Shown: piece by piece, positions 13,369-26,539 of the stretch
Layout: each line of letters begins with the position of its first letter
How positions within the stretch are numbered: position 1 is the stretch's first letter
From: Epiperipatus broadwayi
Taxonomy: Eukaryota; Animalia; Onychophora
Direction: 5' to 3'
Assembly (NCBI GenBank): GCA_028023455.1
Contig: JAQFVV010000006.1
Span: 186,001-250,000 of the forward strand
Length of the DNA: 64,000 bases
Notes under the pieces: model-generated
Database searches by the model: none
The model's input: only the letters and a program-made list of their open reading frames with translations
What the model was told of the DNA's origin: nothing
Position numbers and translations under genes: made by a program

Positions 13369-13979
13369 TGCCTGTTTTAATAACAGTTATAAGCAAGCAT
13401 GAGAAATGGTGATCATGTGATGTTTAATAGTTATTGATAACATGTGGGAAATATAATACTTCATTTTAAAGAATTCTTTTATATAGTAATAAATATAATC
13501 AAATGGTTTATTGTGCAGGAGTTTGTAACAAATTCGAGTACTGGAAATGAGAGAATTTGGTGCCACAATTCATGAATATTAAGCTCCAGAATCTACCATT
13601 CACCACTGCACCAAACTGCCCAGGATCTTATGGAATAGAATAATAGCTACTATTTTATACATTATATGATCAAAAAGTATAATATCAAATAAATAAAAAA
13701 ATAGTTGTTAGACCACATGGCCTAAAATAACATAGAAAATCATACGATCTGATAGCACCGTTACGAATTAAAACAATGGTTATAAACATAGATTTGTAGA
13801 AATAAAATAAACCACTTTCTCACAATTCCAAAATGAAGATGTCGTGTACTGAGTGATAATTACAAGTGCACTTCCACATGCAATTAAAGTTTTATATAGT
13901 GCAAATACTTTTGAAATCCGTTAATACGGAGACCAAAACAATAATGCAAGGGGAGAGATTAATTCTTTAAACTGCAATA

Positions 13980-15026
13980 CACCTGGGTCTCTTTTTACGC
14001 GGACTTATTTAACACGATTTTGAAGTTACGCGATTCATGTTTCACCGGAAGTAGAACTCTGATAATGCGCTATTACTTTAAATAATAAATTTTGCGCACT
14101 TACGTTATATTGAAAGTAATAGCACATAATTGGAATTCGACTTTCATCTTAGTAATTTCAATATTTTCAGTGCTTTATAATAATAAGATTTTATGCAATA
14201 ATGAAATTAAAATCATGATTTCCACATTTTATGTATACACATATTAAATTTTACAAGATTATAATGTAAATTTGTTCAAACATTGTGCGTGTTAATTTTG
14301 CATTTTAAATCACATTCTGTTTTTGCTTTTTAAAAAAGAACGTAATCAATTATTAATCATTTAGTGTCCACAAGTTTATTTTTAAAGGGTGAATAATAAC
14401 AGTGGGCACAATTAAATTTGACAATTAAAGATTAAAATCTGATTTTTAATTGTAATTAACAATTTAAAAATTACTTACGGCAACTTGAAATTAATGTGAT
14501 GTGAAATTTGATTTTTAAACGGAATTGAAAATTAAAAAATTAAAGACAAAAATAATTTAATTTTTAGTTGTTAGTTTCATAAACAATTAATAAAATCATC
14601 GTCTCTAGGATTAATTACTAATTACGTTGTCACCAGAAAACCATTGACCAATTTGCAAACGAACGTGTTTTTCGGCAAATAGAGATAATAATTAAAACAT
14701 ATATAAAAAAATGTAAATTACTGTATGTAAATTATGCATAAAAATATATTATTTTGAATAAAATTAAATATTATAGTTAAAAAAAGTTTGTCTTGTATCA
14801 ATTTTTTTCAAATTTGAAATTTTTTATTAGTCATATTTTATTTCCTTATTTTTTTTTTTGCACGAATTTTAAAGTAATTTTACGTTGGTGCTTTGCTTTT
14901 ACGCGAATTTTGAAAAGTCACAGACTGCATCCCCCCTTTTTCAATGTAATTTATGTCTATTTTTGCACGATTTCGTTTGCGCGTTTTCTGAGGAACCTAT
15001 CTATCGCGTAAAACGAGACCCAGGTG
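13980..15026 (-). mobile_element. pogo/Tigger-like (Tc1/mariner superfamily) non-autonomous element, copy 1, inverted relative to copies 2 and 3
   Basis: TIR CACCTGGGTCTC(T/G)TTTTACGCG at both ends, TA flanks, no ORF; its interior is the reverse complement of 19976-21083 and 31256-32213. Confidence 0.9.
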
Positions 15027-15109
15027 TACATTTGTTATTGTTTCTTTTGATTGGATAATAGATAGAAGAATGGAATATAATGTTAAGAGCTGTTCTCTGC
15101 ATACTATTC

Positions 15110-15990
15110 TGCAGTTATCTACTATCAATGAATATTAAATGGCAGCAGTATTATATATACATCCTAGCAAAAGAAGCAATTCAGGGAGAAATGGGATGAG
15201 AGATGTAAAAAGCAAAATAAAAATGTTTGGTAGATTTCAATTTATGGATAGTAAAAGAATAGTCAAAATAGTATTTAAATGGGTTACAAGTAAAGGACAG
15301 GCAACAAGATAGGTAAGAAAGGTAGTATGATATGTATAAGATACGGATAAAGACTTTATGTCAGTATACTTGTACAAAGGGTGGGATGAGTATTGAGTGT
15401 TATAGTGGCAAAGACTGGTATAGAAGAATAGAGATATTAATAAAAGGTAGAGAGCTGGAGAAATGAAGAACTAGTATGGAGAGTAAAAAGAGCTTAAATA
15501 TATATACAAAGCAAACAGAATATTGGATATGATTTAATTTATAAGAGCAGAGGAAGTAGTTTACTATTTAAGGCTTTAGGGAATATAGACATAAATGGAG
15601 AAATATGGGTGACTTAATCTGCAAGTCTTTTTTTCTATTAAGGAAAAAAAAATGCAGGTGACTTATCACCCGCTACATGATGTAAATACATTTGTTTAAA
15701 GAAATCTGCAAGTTATGTAAGAAAAGCCTGGAAAATATTAGAAACCTCCTAATTGAATGTAAATGCTTACAAGCAGAAAGGGTACAAATAATGAAATTGT
15801 GGAGAATAAATATAAACAAAGTGAGTATACAGAAAGGGGGTTCTTGGTTTTTATGCTGGGTTTGGAAAAAGATAAGGGGGGTTTAGATATAAAAGCCAGA
15901 GTGAACAAGGATGATGTTGTAGAAATGGGATGAAACAGGATAGAGAAGAATATGGCGAAAAATTATGATGGATAATGGAAAGGGAAGATG
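15110..15990 (+). mobile_element. Decayed non-LTR retrotransposon 3' region
   Basis: Purine-rich strand; ORF 15692..15886 has CKLCKKSLENIRNLLIEC, a CCHC knuckle with H>N; multiple stops upstream. Confidence 0.55.
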
Positions 15991-16833
15991 GCTAACAGGC
16001 ATCTCTGGGCATAGTGGCTGAGAGATTCCTGACTTCGATAAAAGAGAAGCCATAGCGCATTGCATAACCAGATTAATTTTCTGGCTTATCTTTTTTTATC
16101 ACTGATGAGTTTGGATCTTCTGGACCTAACACATCACACTAAACAGTCATCTTTTATTCTTTTTTGATAATCAAGCTAATAGTTTAAAATTCAAAAGTAC
16201 CTTAATGTCTTGAATTCAAACTAACTGGTTCATAAACTTAAAACAGATCTGATACTCGGTCAGTGGCCTCATATCAATAACTGATGCATACATATTTCAT
16301 CTTTTTAGCTAGGCTCATATAAATCAATAAACATAATGTGACCACTTCTGCTTCATTTAACAAATGCTATTCGGAATATATACTATGCATGCAGACTATA
16401 TCAAATTCTGAAAAGGTAAACATTCAGGATTTATTTATTGCTTTGCCTTTAGGGAGGGAAAAAGAATAATGATCACATGGTCATTCATAATCTACAAATT
16501 TACTTAATTATTTGAAACTATTGGAATAAAACTAGTATATGAAAATAAGTCAGGTTCCTAATCAAATGAAAAAGTTACCAACATGAACATAATTTATTGC
16601 TCAGGAATTCATTGCAAGTTCAAGTGGCATAAATGAAGGAGAAAAGCTGCAATACCTGGGTTTTGCACTCCAGAGTTTGCCATTCTCCAATTGCTCTATA
16701 CCATGAGAGCAAAAATCACAAATGTTAGCTATTATATAAAATGGGATGTGTCAGCGGCTAATTAGAATCAGTGGTGAGCAAATGACGTACATATTCCTGA
16801 ACCAGGAGAATAATTACAATCTCAATTGGCATA

Positions 16834-17074
16834 TATTAAAACAGGCAAAACTCTCTATACATATTGCCACTCAGTGCAAGCCAGAGTAATCAATGGATGC
16901 CAGAAGGCTTGTGCATAAAATCCCCATCTAGTGCCTTCTCATTCAATATCCCCCAGACTAGTTTCTGGCCTTCATCAGTGAAGAGCCTTGGATCTGAGAG
17001 CCCTGCATCTAGATCTTAGTATTACTCTGGCTTGTACTGAGTGGCAATATGTATAGAGAGTTTTGCCTGTTTTA
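16834..17074 (-). mobile_element. Short hammerhead-bearing repeat with inverted arms (copy 2)
   Basis: Arms ~16834-16889 and ~17021-17074; minus strand reads cttca-CTGATGA-aggcca-GAAAC-TA-GTC-tggggg at 16951-16986; interior homologous to 13118-13260. Confidence 0.75.
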
Positions 17075-18208
17075 ACAACAGTTATAAGCAAGCATAGAAA
17101 ATGGTGATCATGTGATGAGATTAAACTCTTTCGCAACAATAACTATGCCAAAACCAGTGCACTTGCTATTACAATTTTCCAACCTGGATAGATTTGAGTC
17201 ATCATTATATATTTAGGAAAAATTCTTAAAACCATTGCAGTTAATATGTATTACTAATAACGGCTAGTTATTTATGAGCAACATCACAGGAGTTTAATAT
17301 CATAAAAAAAGAAGCATAGACCCATCAATAATTTATGAGATTTGATATTTTTAAGCAATAACTTGAATAAATATACAAATTGATTCCTAATGGCACATAT
17401 ACTTATATAAACACAAAGATATGTGTCTATTGTATATTTATATAAATTAAATTACTGATGTACTTCAAATTAAGATCCACTTTTAGGGTTTTAATAAGAG
17501 AATTATGGCATGAGAAAGAGATTTCTCATGAGACTCCAAGCAAATTTCTTTATTCAAATCCAATAATCCGATCGAATTGGGTTTAATCTTCCTAGATATT
17601 ATTGGAATCTCCTCAACAGAGTCAGAATCATACACGATTGCTGCTCTTATCTGCTTCATAAATAAAATTTAATATCTCCTGACTTATTTACTTGTGGCGA
17701 AACACAAACTATGAATCACAACAGTTGATGAATATCAAATCTACTCATACAGGGGCAGAATGGATGAACTTAAACCATTAGAAAGTCTAGATTCCTGTAC
17801 AATGTGTATCAATGGTTGCTGTTTGATATAACATATGTTCATGCAAACTTTAATTAATGTTATTTTACATTTTTATTTATTTAAATTAATTTTTTTATTT
17901 TAATTCCTTCCAATGCTGCAATTCTTTGTTATAAAACACACAAAAAATTCATTCATAGCTAAAATATTTCCACAAATCAACAATTGTGAAAAGTTTAAAT
18001 GATGATGATGATGACAATAATAATCAAATGATTAGTCACCGAAGAGGTCATGCGATGTTTCAGCACTAGGCATAACATATTAAACTTTCATATAGAGATT
18101 TTTTTGCAAGTTTTTGCTTTACTACCAAATTAAATCGTACAGGGCAATTTAAACAATACCATCACAGGAAAAAAAAAATTGCGAACTGTATTAAAAGTTT
18201 TTAATTAC

Positions 18209-18333
18209 CTGTCCACCAGACCAGCGAGATATCTGTCAGCTACTCGTCGAATGTGCTTATGGATGTGATTGAACATGACCAAAAGATATTGAGCATGTGT
18301 TTCTAGTTCCCGCTCACGTGCTTCATTTCTAGG
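18209..18333 (-). CDS. PI4KA: PI4KA exon (125 nt): [41 protein letters not shown]+AG
   Basis: Acceptor gttttag, donor gtaatt; conserved HAQ.LLV.FNHIHK.IRRVAD.YL.GLVD. Confidence 0.97.
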
Positions 18334-19975
18334 CTAAAACATAATAACAACACTTTACATGAATTAAAATCAATGTAACTGGCAAAAAGTAATTTATATC
18401 TTTATCAATAAATATTTAATTTATTGTATTGCTGTTTTCAGACTGTCTAATAAAGATTAACATATATATATATATTAATTTAAACATTTTGACAGATTGA
18501 TAATCTAAATAAAATTTTTCGCTATGATGTAACCAGGTAATAACCAATTAAAATCGAAAATGGACGCTAAATCAACATGATCTAATAATAACACGAGTAC
18601 TTGTTTGATCCATTTTTTGGCTTAACATGGTGAGACAAATAATAATCGTATTTAGAAGTTTAACTAGTTCATTACACAGAAAAATTTCCCATTACATTTC
18701 AATGTTTATATATTGTACCATTGACGTAAATATTACCTCTTACAAAAAAATAAAGTCAGATGTCACATGACCTAATTTGATAAGCTTGTATTTAAGAGCT
18801 TATTTTGTGAGCTCTATATATAATATCACCTCTTTTGTAGTTAAAGCATTCATTATTAAAAAAAAATTTTATTCACTTAATATATCTTTTAGACCTCCAA
18901 CTGAAATGATTTCCTTATAACAGAAGTCATATCAGTGTTGTATGCTGTTCAAATTCTTTACATACATTAACATAGCTCATTACTTTATTCAGGAGTCAAA
19001 ACCCATTATCTACATACATATTCATAGATACATACACACATCTCAATAAAAATATTAGGAACAAACAAGAAATGCCAATTTTATTTAATGTATGAAAATG
19101 ATTAATGTTTTAAATAATGTTAAAAAAAAAAACAATAATAAATTGCTTGATAAAATTTTATAAATGTGTAGGTGACAAAGATGGCTCTTTATGAAATGTA
19201 TTTTAACACATTTAACTTCGGATTACAAAAATAAAAAGTAAGACCAGATTTTGTAAAGTATTACAGCATAATCAAAAAACAATTCTTATTAATACTCGGG
19301 AAAAGAAAATGTAGCAAAAATACAAATTTAGTGAATCAAACAAAAAAAAAAAAAATTCTGCATTTGTTTTGTGATACGCACTTGTCTAATTTTGAGAACT
19401 AATCCAGAGTAAATCTATAATGTACTATTATTTGCTATTAGAAACATAATGTTTTAACAACACACACACAAAAAAAGCTCTGATTAATTACTGTCACTAA
19501 AAATCCAAAAAGTCGGCTTTCATTTTTATATTTTGTTTGAATTTTTTAATGTGGTGTAAATTGTAATATAATTTATTTTTATTTCCTATTCCAAAAATAA
19601 AGTCAATAGTGCTGGCTTGGGTACGTTATATCTGTGTTTGTGCTTGGCATCAATGCCATCAAGTGGCTGACATGATAGATTAGAATACTACTGACATAAT
19701 AAATCAGAATAGCATACTGATGTACTTCTAAAATATTCAAATACATATGTTTATACATAAATGAGTGTTGTAAGCATTATCAAACAAACAATAAAAAAAA
19801 TATGTTCCTTTTGCTCAAGTATAAATGCCTATATCCAGAACTTTTAGGAAGGGAATCCATAACCAACTTCACTAATTGTAAATAGTATAAGTGTTCAATG
19901 CTGATATTAAAGTGTAAATAAATACCAATACACTGGATTTTAAAAAAACTGTTATAAATAATCAAATTGTATATA

Positions 19976-21083
19976 CACCTGGGTCTCGTTTTACGCGATA
20001 GATACGTTCCTCAGAAAACACGTGCAAACGAAATCGCGCAAAAATAGACGTAACTTACATTGAAAAAGAGGGGATGTGGTCTGTGATTTTTCAAAATTCG
20101 CGTAAAAGCAAAGCACCAACGTAAAATTACTTTAAAATTCGCGCAAAAAAAAAAAAAAAAAATAAGGAAATAAAATATGACTAATAAAAAATTTCAAATT
20201 TGAAAAAAATTGATACAAGACAAACTTTTTTTAACTATAATATTTAATTTTATTCAAAATAATATATTTTTATGCATAATTTGCAGTACAGTAATTTACA
20301 TTTTTTATACACGTTTTAATTATTATAGCTAATTGCCGAAAACATTCGTTTGAAAACAACTAGGGCCAACTTCACACTCATGTTGTAATAGTGGTTTTCT
20401 GGTGACAACGTAATTAGTAATTAATCTTTGAGACGATGATTTTATTAATTGTTTATGAAACTAACAACTAAAAATTAAATTCTTATTTTTGTCTTTAATT
20501 TTCAATTCGGTTTAAAAATCAAATTTTACATTAATTTCAAATCACAGTAAGTAATTTTTAAATTGTTAATTACAATTAAAAATCAGATTTCAATTTTTAA
20601 TTGTCAAATTTAATTATGCCCACTGTTATTACTGACCTTTTAAAAATAAACTTGTAGACACTAAATGATTAATAATTGATTACGTTCTTTTTTAAAAAGC
20701 AAAAACAGAATGTGATTTAAAATGCAAAATTAACACGTACAATGTTTGAACAAATTTACATTATAATCTTGTAAAATTTAATGTGTGTATACATAAAATG
20801 TGGAAATCATGATTTTAATTTCATTATTACATAAAATCTTACTATTATAAAGCACTGAAAATATTGAAATTACTAAGATGAAAGTCGAATTCCAATTATG
20901 TGCTATTACTTTCAATATAACGTAAGTGCGTGAAATTTATTATTTAAAGTAATAGCGCATTATCAGAGTTCATATACCTGGGTCTCTTTTTACGCGGACT
21001 TATTTAACACACTTCCGGTGAAACACGAATCACGTAACTTCAAAATTGCGTTAAATAAGTCCGCATAAAAAGAGACCCAGGTG
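19976..21083 (+). mobile_element. pogo/Tigger-like non-autonomous element, copy 2
   Basis: Same TIRs and TA flanks; carries an extra inverted terminus at 20972-21010. Confidence 0.9.
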
Positions 21084-21259
21084 TATATAAAAGTACACCA
21101 ATTTAATAGTTTATTAATTATTTGTGATGTTGTATTTATTATGTATGTGTAATGTGTATCTATAAGAGTGATCCAGTAAATATAGAAAAATTAGTTGTAA
21201 TTAATAAAAATATTACCAAAATGTAGAAAAAAAATTAAAGTAAAATAATTAGTGAATTA

Positions 21260-21420
21260 AAGAGTGTTAGAGTCCACATGTGAGAAGGATGGATGAAATA
21301 AGAAAGTGTGCAGGGGTGATGTGGAGAAAAGAAACTAGAGATGGGAGAAGATGGATTGAACTTGGAGAGACCTTCATCCTGCAGTGGATTGATAATGGTT
21401 GACAGTGATGATGATTTAAT
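21260..21420 (+). mobile_element. RTE-type LINE 3' terminus remnant
   Basis: Translates to HVRRMD...GETFILQW, resembling the recalled GEA(F/Y)(V/I)xQW end motif, followed by a (GAT)n tail. Confidence 0.6.
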
Positions 21421-22268
21421 TAAGTTAATCTTAATAATCATCAATTGACTACACTTTTTTTAGGTCTTTTATGTCTTAGACTGATTGGTCAATTCCACTC
21501 GAAAAGCAATAGGCCACTTAAACATCACAAGCAGCAGTGGAAAATCATTGCAAAAAGTGTTAACTCAGGGACTCTACCATCGAAAGATATAAAATAGTAG
21601 ACTAGGAATTTATGGAGTTTACTTTATGGCATCTATACATGTAAACAAACATTTAACGTCTTTGTGATGTAAATAATTATATGTCATAGATATATATACT
21701 AATTTCCCTTAGATGTTTATTTGTATATTTGTGCCAACTAACGTAAGCTTTAGCAATCAATCGATGTCAGATTGTAATGCTTATTAAAAATCCATATCCA
21801 GTATTGCCCTACCCAAGATCCCTTTGTGGCTTTCATCAATGAGGAGCTTTTGGATCTGGGAACAGTGAATTTTTTAGATCTAATATATCTTTCCTTTAGC
21901 AGCTATCTTTTACTTCTTTGTTTTACTATCACCTTATTAGTTCACCACTGATGAAAGTCACAAGCTATATTAGTCTGAGGATATTGGATTGGACAGCATT
22001 AGGTGGAAGTTTAATAACTATTACCATTTGATATTTACTGATTACTACAGTTTACACAAGGTGGCAAAATATGGTGAGAAAATTTGTAAACGTTGTTGGT
22101 GTTCTCTAGATTGTATTATTAACATCAAAAGATCTGCTAAGTCTGTCCATTTCTAATGTGTATAATTTCACATTAATCTTTAGTTACAACAAATGTGTAA
22201 AAATAATATATAGACTGGACAGTGTGATATACACATATATTTTATATAAAATTTAAAAACAACTTTAC

Positions 22269-22339
22269 CTTATTGGACATGACATCTAAAAACACATGAA
22301 AGACTTTGTCACCAACAATCTGTATACAGTTCCACATAC
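22269..22339 (-). CDS. PI4KA: PI4KA exon (71 nt): (G)MWNCIQIVGDKVFHVFLDVMSNK
   Basis: Acceptor attttcag, donor gtaaag; similar to recalled [21 protein letters not shown]; phase fits both neighbours. Confidence 0.94.
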
Positions 22340-22979
22340 CTGAAAATACGATATGGCCGTAATCATTATTTTGTCACATTAATTTATTAAAATTTCTGCA
22401 TCTATTTTACAACTACTATAATTCATTTTAAAAAAAATTCAGTATTTTTCTTATATGCGTAATAGAAATACAGGGAGCCTTCAATCTTCGTGCCTTCGTT
22501 TTAAATGTTTTCGCACATTAATGATCGATTAATCGCAGAACATGTAAAAATCTCTTTCTGCTTCACGAAATAGAAATGTAACAGACAGAAAGTTTACAAA
22601 AGAAACTATTTCATATTGTATCAGCTTAAAAAAATAACATGGTCTCACACACACAAAAAAAATGTGACATTGATTTAAAATCATTGTGAGACCATCAGAA
22701 GAACTTATTTTAAAAAGTAACAAAATGTTATTTAAAAACAAAAGATTTATATTTAAAATTTTAAAATAAAAACCACTCCGCTAATAAAAATTTAATGGAA
22801 GACTAAATTAAAAGAAGACATTCTTTATTTAATTAAAGGGGATATGAACCCAGACTTTAATCCTTTTTAATTATATCTAGATTGAATATATACATTATAC
22901 TTGTATTTCAATTTTACACATTCTTTATTTGCATTTTTTTAAAAAAAAACAAAAACAAAAGACAAATTATAAATGTCAA

Positions 22980-23051
22980 GCGTTGGTGGCCTAGCGGTTA
23001 GCATAGCTACCTTCCAAACAGCCGGCCGGGGTTCGCTTCCTGATCAACGCA
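22980..23051 (+). pseudogene. tRNA-Gly(TCC) pseudogene
   Basis: 72 nt GCGTTGGTGG...CTTCCAA...CAACGCA aligns to the recalled metazoan tRNA-Gly-TCC with about a dozen substitutions; acceptor stem pairs, but the anticodon stem (A.C, C.A) and T-arm are disrupted. Confidence 0.85.
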
Positions 23052-24089
23052 TTTGACATATGAAAAAAAAAAAACAAATCATAAATATTGATCACCAAAA
23101 CAAAACTTCTCACAGTTTTACAAAATTGAAAAATAAAAAATTGAATGCAATACCAATATACCAACAACATAACAACAGCTTCTATTAATAAATAAGAAGT
23201 CAATATTTATCCCTATTCATAATTTTAAAAAATGGGAGGGGGGGGGGTATTTAGAGACAGATAAAATCCTGGAAAATAAGTGGGGGGGAGATAGTGTTTG
23301 ACTTTTTAAACAAATATATAACTTTATTTTGCGGTTTTAAATTTATCAACAGAGCAAAGTGGGGGGAGGGTGAAGGACTTAACAATACATAATTAAATCA
23401 TAACTTATTAATTTTTTTCCACATAAAACTTAAACACTTGTGCTTATTTATTAAACTTTTTAAATATATACACACAAATATACACAGCACCTGCATATTG
23501 AATAAGTTTATTTTATATTTATATATACAGTGACATTGCGGTAGGTACTGACCTAAACATTAACACAATTCCTATGAGAATGTTTTTCATTAATTCAATC
23601 TTCATACAATTTTTCTGAAACCAATCAAATGTGAAGAATAAGACTCGCTACACAATTATCTTTAATATACTTATACAATTAAAATTACTTGCAACCCATC
23701 AGCCAAAAACATTTAAATAAGAGTGTCTCCCAACTCTGGCACCATATGTTATAACTTTGAAAAATCGGTTATTACCAGATAGTACTGCAATTTGCCTTTA
23801 TCAATAAAGACTGTTTTCAAAGCTGAAACCAATAAAGTTATGAATTTAGAAAATCATTTTTAATTCCTTTTTTTAAATCAAATTAATAGCATGCAATTAA
23901 AAGGATCCTAAGATTATGAATGGAAGCCAACCTGCTTGCATTTTTATATGGTTGTAAACTGGTAAAAAAAAAACATTGATGTTTTGGTATTAAAAGAATA
24001 TTTAAGTAATATTTTATACCATCAAATTTCACCTACATTAGTAATCCACACAGGAACTCACAAAAATATAAGGCCGCTAATACACCTGC

Positions 24090-26520
24090 CAATAGGTTAT
24101 AATTTAAGATATTTAGTTTAGATTTACATTATTGTTATTACTACTAATGAGGATGCTAACTGATCAAAGCTTGTGATGAGGGTTTGATCACTATGTCACC
24201 ATCACAATACCCCCTCCTTCAATGAAAGCCTAGAATGCATGCTAACCGTTTTCAATGTCTTCACCATCAATACAAATTATCTTTCTTTCCCATGATTCCC
24301 CTACTTTATTCAACTAGAAATATTATGAGCCATCTTGAATAGAGCAAATTCTGAAAACTTATTTAGACTTCTGAAAAATTTATCTATTAGGTTACATTTC
24401 AATCCATCATATAACCATCACTTCAAATGAAACAAAAAGACCCATCCCAAAGATACTCAATTAATTTGGACTCAAATGATCACTGTTTTCAGTAGACTTA
24501 TGTGCCTCCACATCCTCATGAAGTAGATGCAAGTTCTGCTCATAGATAATCTGAGCCTTACAGATTCATTTAGCACCAAACAAGGTTAATATTTTTTTAT
24601 CAAAAACCCTACACCATGTCAACTTTTTTAGTTGTTATATAGTGTATGATGAAGATTTAATCACTTTATATTATGTGAGTATTTATGTTGATGCAATACA
24701 ATAGATACAAAACTTGCAATAGCTCCAGCAACATCCAGATTTCAATAAAATACCTAACTAACTCCAAGGTTTTCATTTATTCCCTACTATAAAAAATATC
24801 AACAATACTCAGACTCAACCAAACCAGAACCTACTTTCTAAACATCCAGAAAACTTCTAAGTTGTGTCATAGCTTCTTTAATTTATGAGTGATTAACCAC
24901 TATCTGATTAATCACCAAATATCTTAGTTTTCTTTCCTTTATCTTTATACCATATATCCTTAGAATATTTGATACTACATCTTGGACCTGAAGGTGACTA
25001 TGACTCTTCTGATAGATCTAATAAATTGAGATTCATCCTTAACCTTTTTCTAGTAGCCTCTGGTTCTGGATTAAAATTAGCTTTTCTTTTTCAGGTCACT
25101 TCATTATGATTTCTATTCTTTTATAATTCCATTCCAATAATGCCTATGGTCTCTCTCCCTTTATGTTTGATGACCTTGTTCACTCTGAAGATTCATATCT
25201 ACAGCATTTAATAGCACTTCCATCTGTTCAATGGACTTATTAGTATCTAGCAGCATTTGCTCTGTTCGAAAAAAGCAACTTATGCCTAATTATATGAATA
25301 ATTTTACCATCAGTCATATTACAAGTTTGCAAGGTTCTGAGTTTTGTCACCTATCTTCTGAAGAATTTAGAATAATTTTTCCCAGTAATATTTTTCCTGT
25401 TATTTGATAACGAATAGTTTCCTGGTATTCGTCTGACCAGAAATTGCTCAACAGAGCTTCTTGATAATTTTGAAAGGTTTGGGCCTGTTAAATAATTAGT
25501 CCCATCAGGATTGTGCATCCCCTTGCAAGTGACTACATGTAATTGCTAAATTTCCATTCTTCTGACATGGAGTTAAGACAAAAGTAGGTTTCCAAACTTT
25601 TTAAATGTATGTTGAACAGGAGCTTCGCAAATTTGATCTTGGAATATCCTGATTTTCAAAAATTGGTTCACAGTAAGATGAGCTTCATTATTTTTCCCCT
25701 TTCTCCTTTCTTTAATAATTGTAGGTTGCCAGCTTTCATTCTCAACTCTTCTATCTTTACTTTTAACTTTTGTATTTCAGTATGAATTACCATTATATCA
25801 TCATCTTTTTTTTTTTCATATTCAATCCCATGACTTTCCCCTTTTTCAATTACTTCCCTGCTCTGAACTTTATACTCGAGATTTTTCTGCTTTACGCAAA
25901 TAACCTTAACTGTTTTTCCTGGATATCTTCAACCTTTTAATTTAGGTTTGATGCTTTTAGGTCATATCTGAAATTTCTGGTTCATGCGCTGCTGCATAAT
26001 TTTGAACACTTCTTCCCTCATGTGTTGTATATTTTCTATATTACAAAGCATTTTATTGGAATTTTTCACTTATATCTTGTTTAATATTGTGCTGAACATT
26101 TTTAAGTTTTTTACCCATATTTTTAATTAAGGCATGCAGCATTTTCATGTCAAATGTGCTTGGTGTCTCATCTGCTACTTGTTCCACTGTTTAATCTAGC
26201 TCTTGACCTTTAAGCTCTGGAAACATTGGTTATACACTCTTGTACCTCTACTTGCTCTATCCTGGAATTGTCAGAATTTTCAGATTGACCCTGATTTTCC
26301 TCCATTATTTTTGACTGAGTTCTGGTTGACATTTGATATATCCAAAATATTACTTCTTTATATTAGCTCTGTTAATGGTTTATAATGAATTTCTAAAATT
26401 TAATTTTTATCTTTTAAATAGATTAATTGTTATAGTATATCTTTATTTTTAAATTTCTAATATTCTACATTATTATTATTTTAGACTTTGTATTGTTAAA
26501 ACAGCACACCATACCTTCTT
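24090..26520 (-). mobile_element. Decayed LINE: APE-endonuclease region plus upstream ORF1-like region
   Basis: Minus-strand translation shows GVGFLIKK (~24590-24615) and a degenerate SDH-type motif (~24185-24215); many stops and frameshifts; boundaries approximate. Confidence 0.55.
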
Positions 26521-26539
26521 TCCTTTTGGATCACTATGA

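Noticed and set aside
23234-23372. G-runs as a G-quadruplex cluster (also G14 at ~41537 and C-run at ~48404)
   Set aside because: Isolated homopolymers 40-70 nt apart, C-rich on the transcript strand; no supportable function
23520-23800. Possible Tc1 transposase remnant
   Set aside because: Only a vague SPDL/DFW-like resemblance and no matched TIR pair; too weak to annotate
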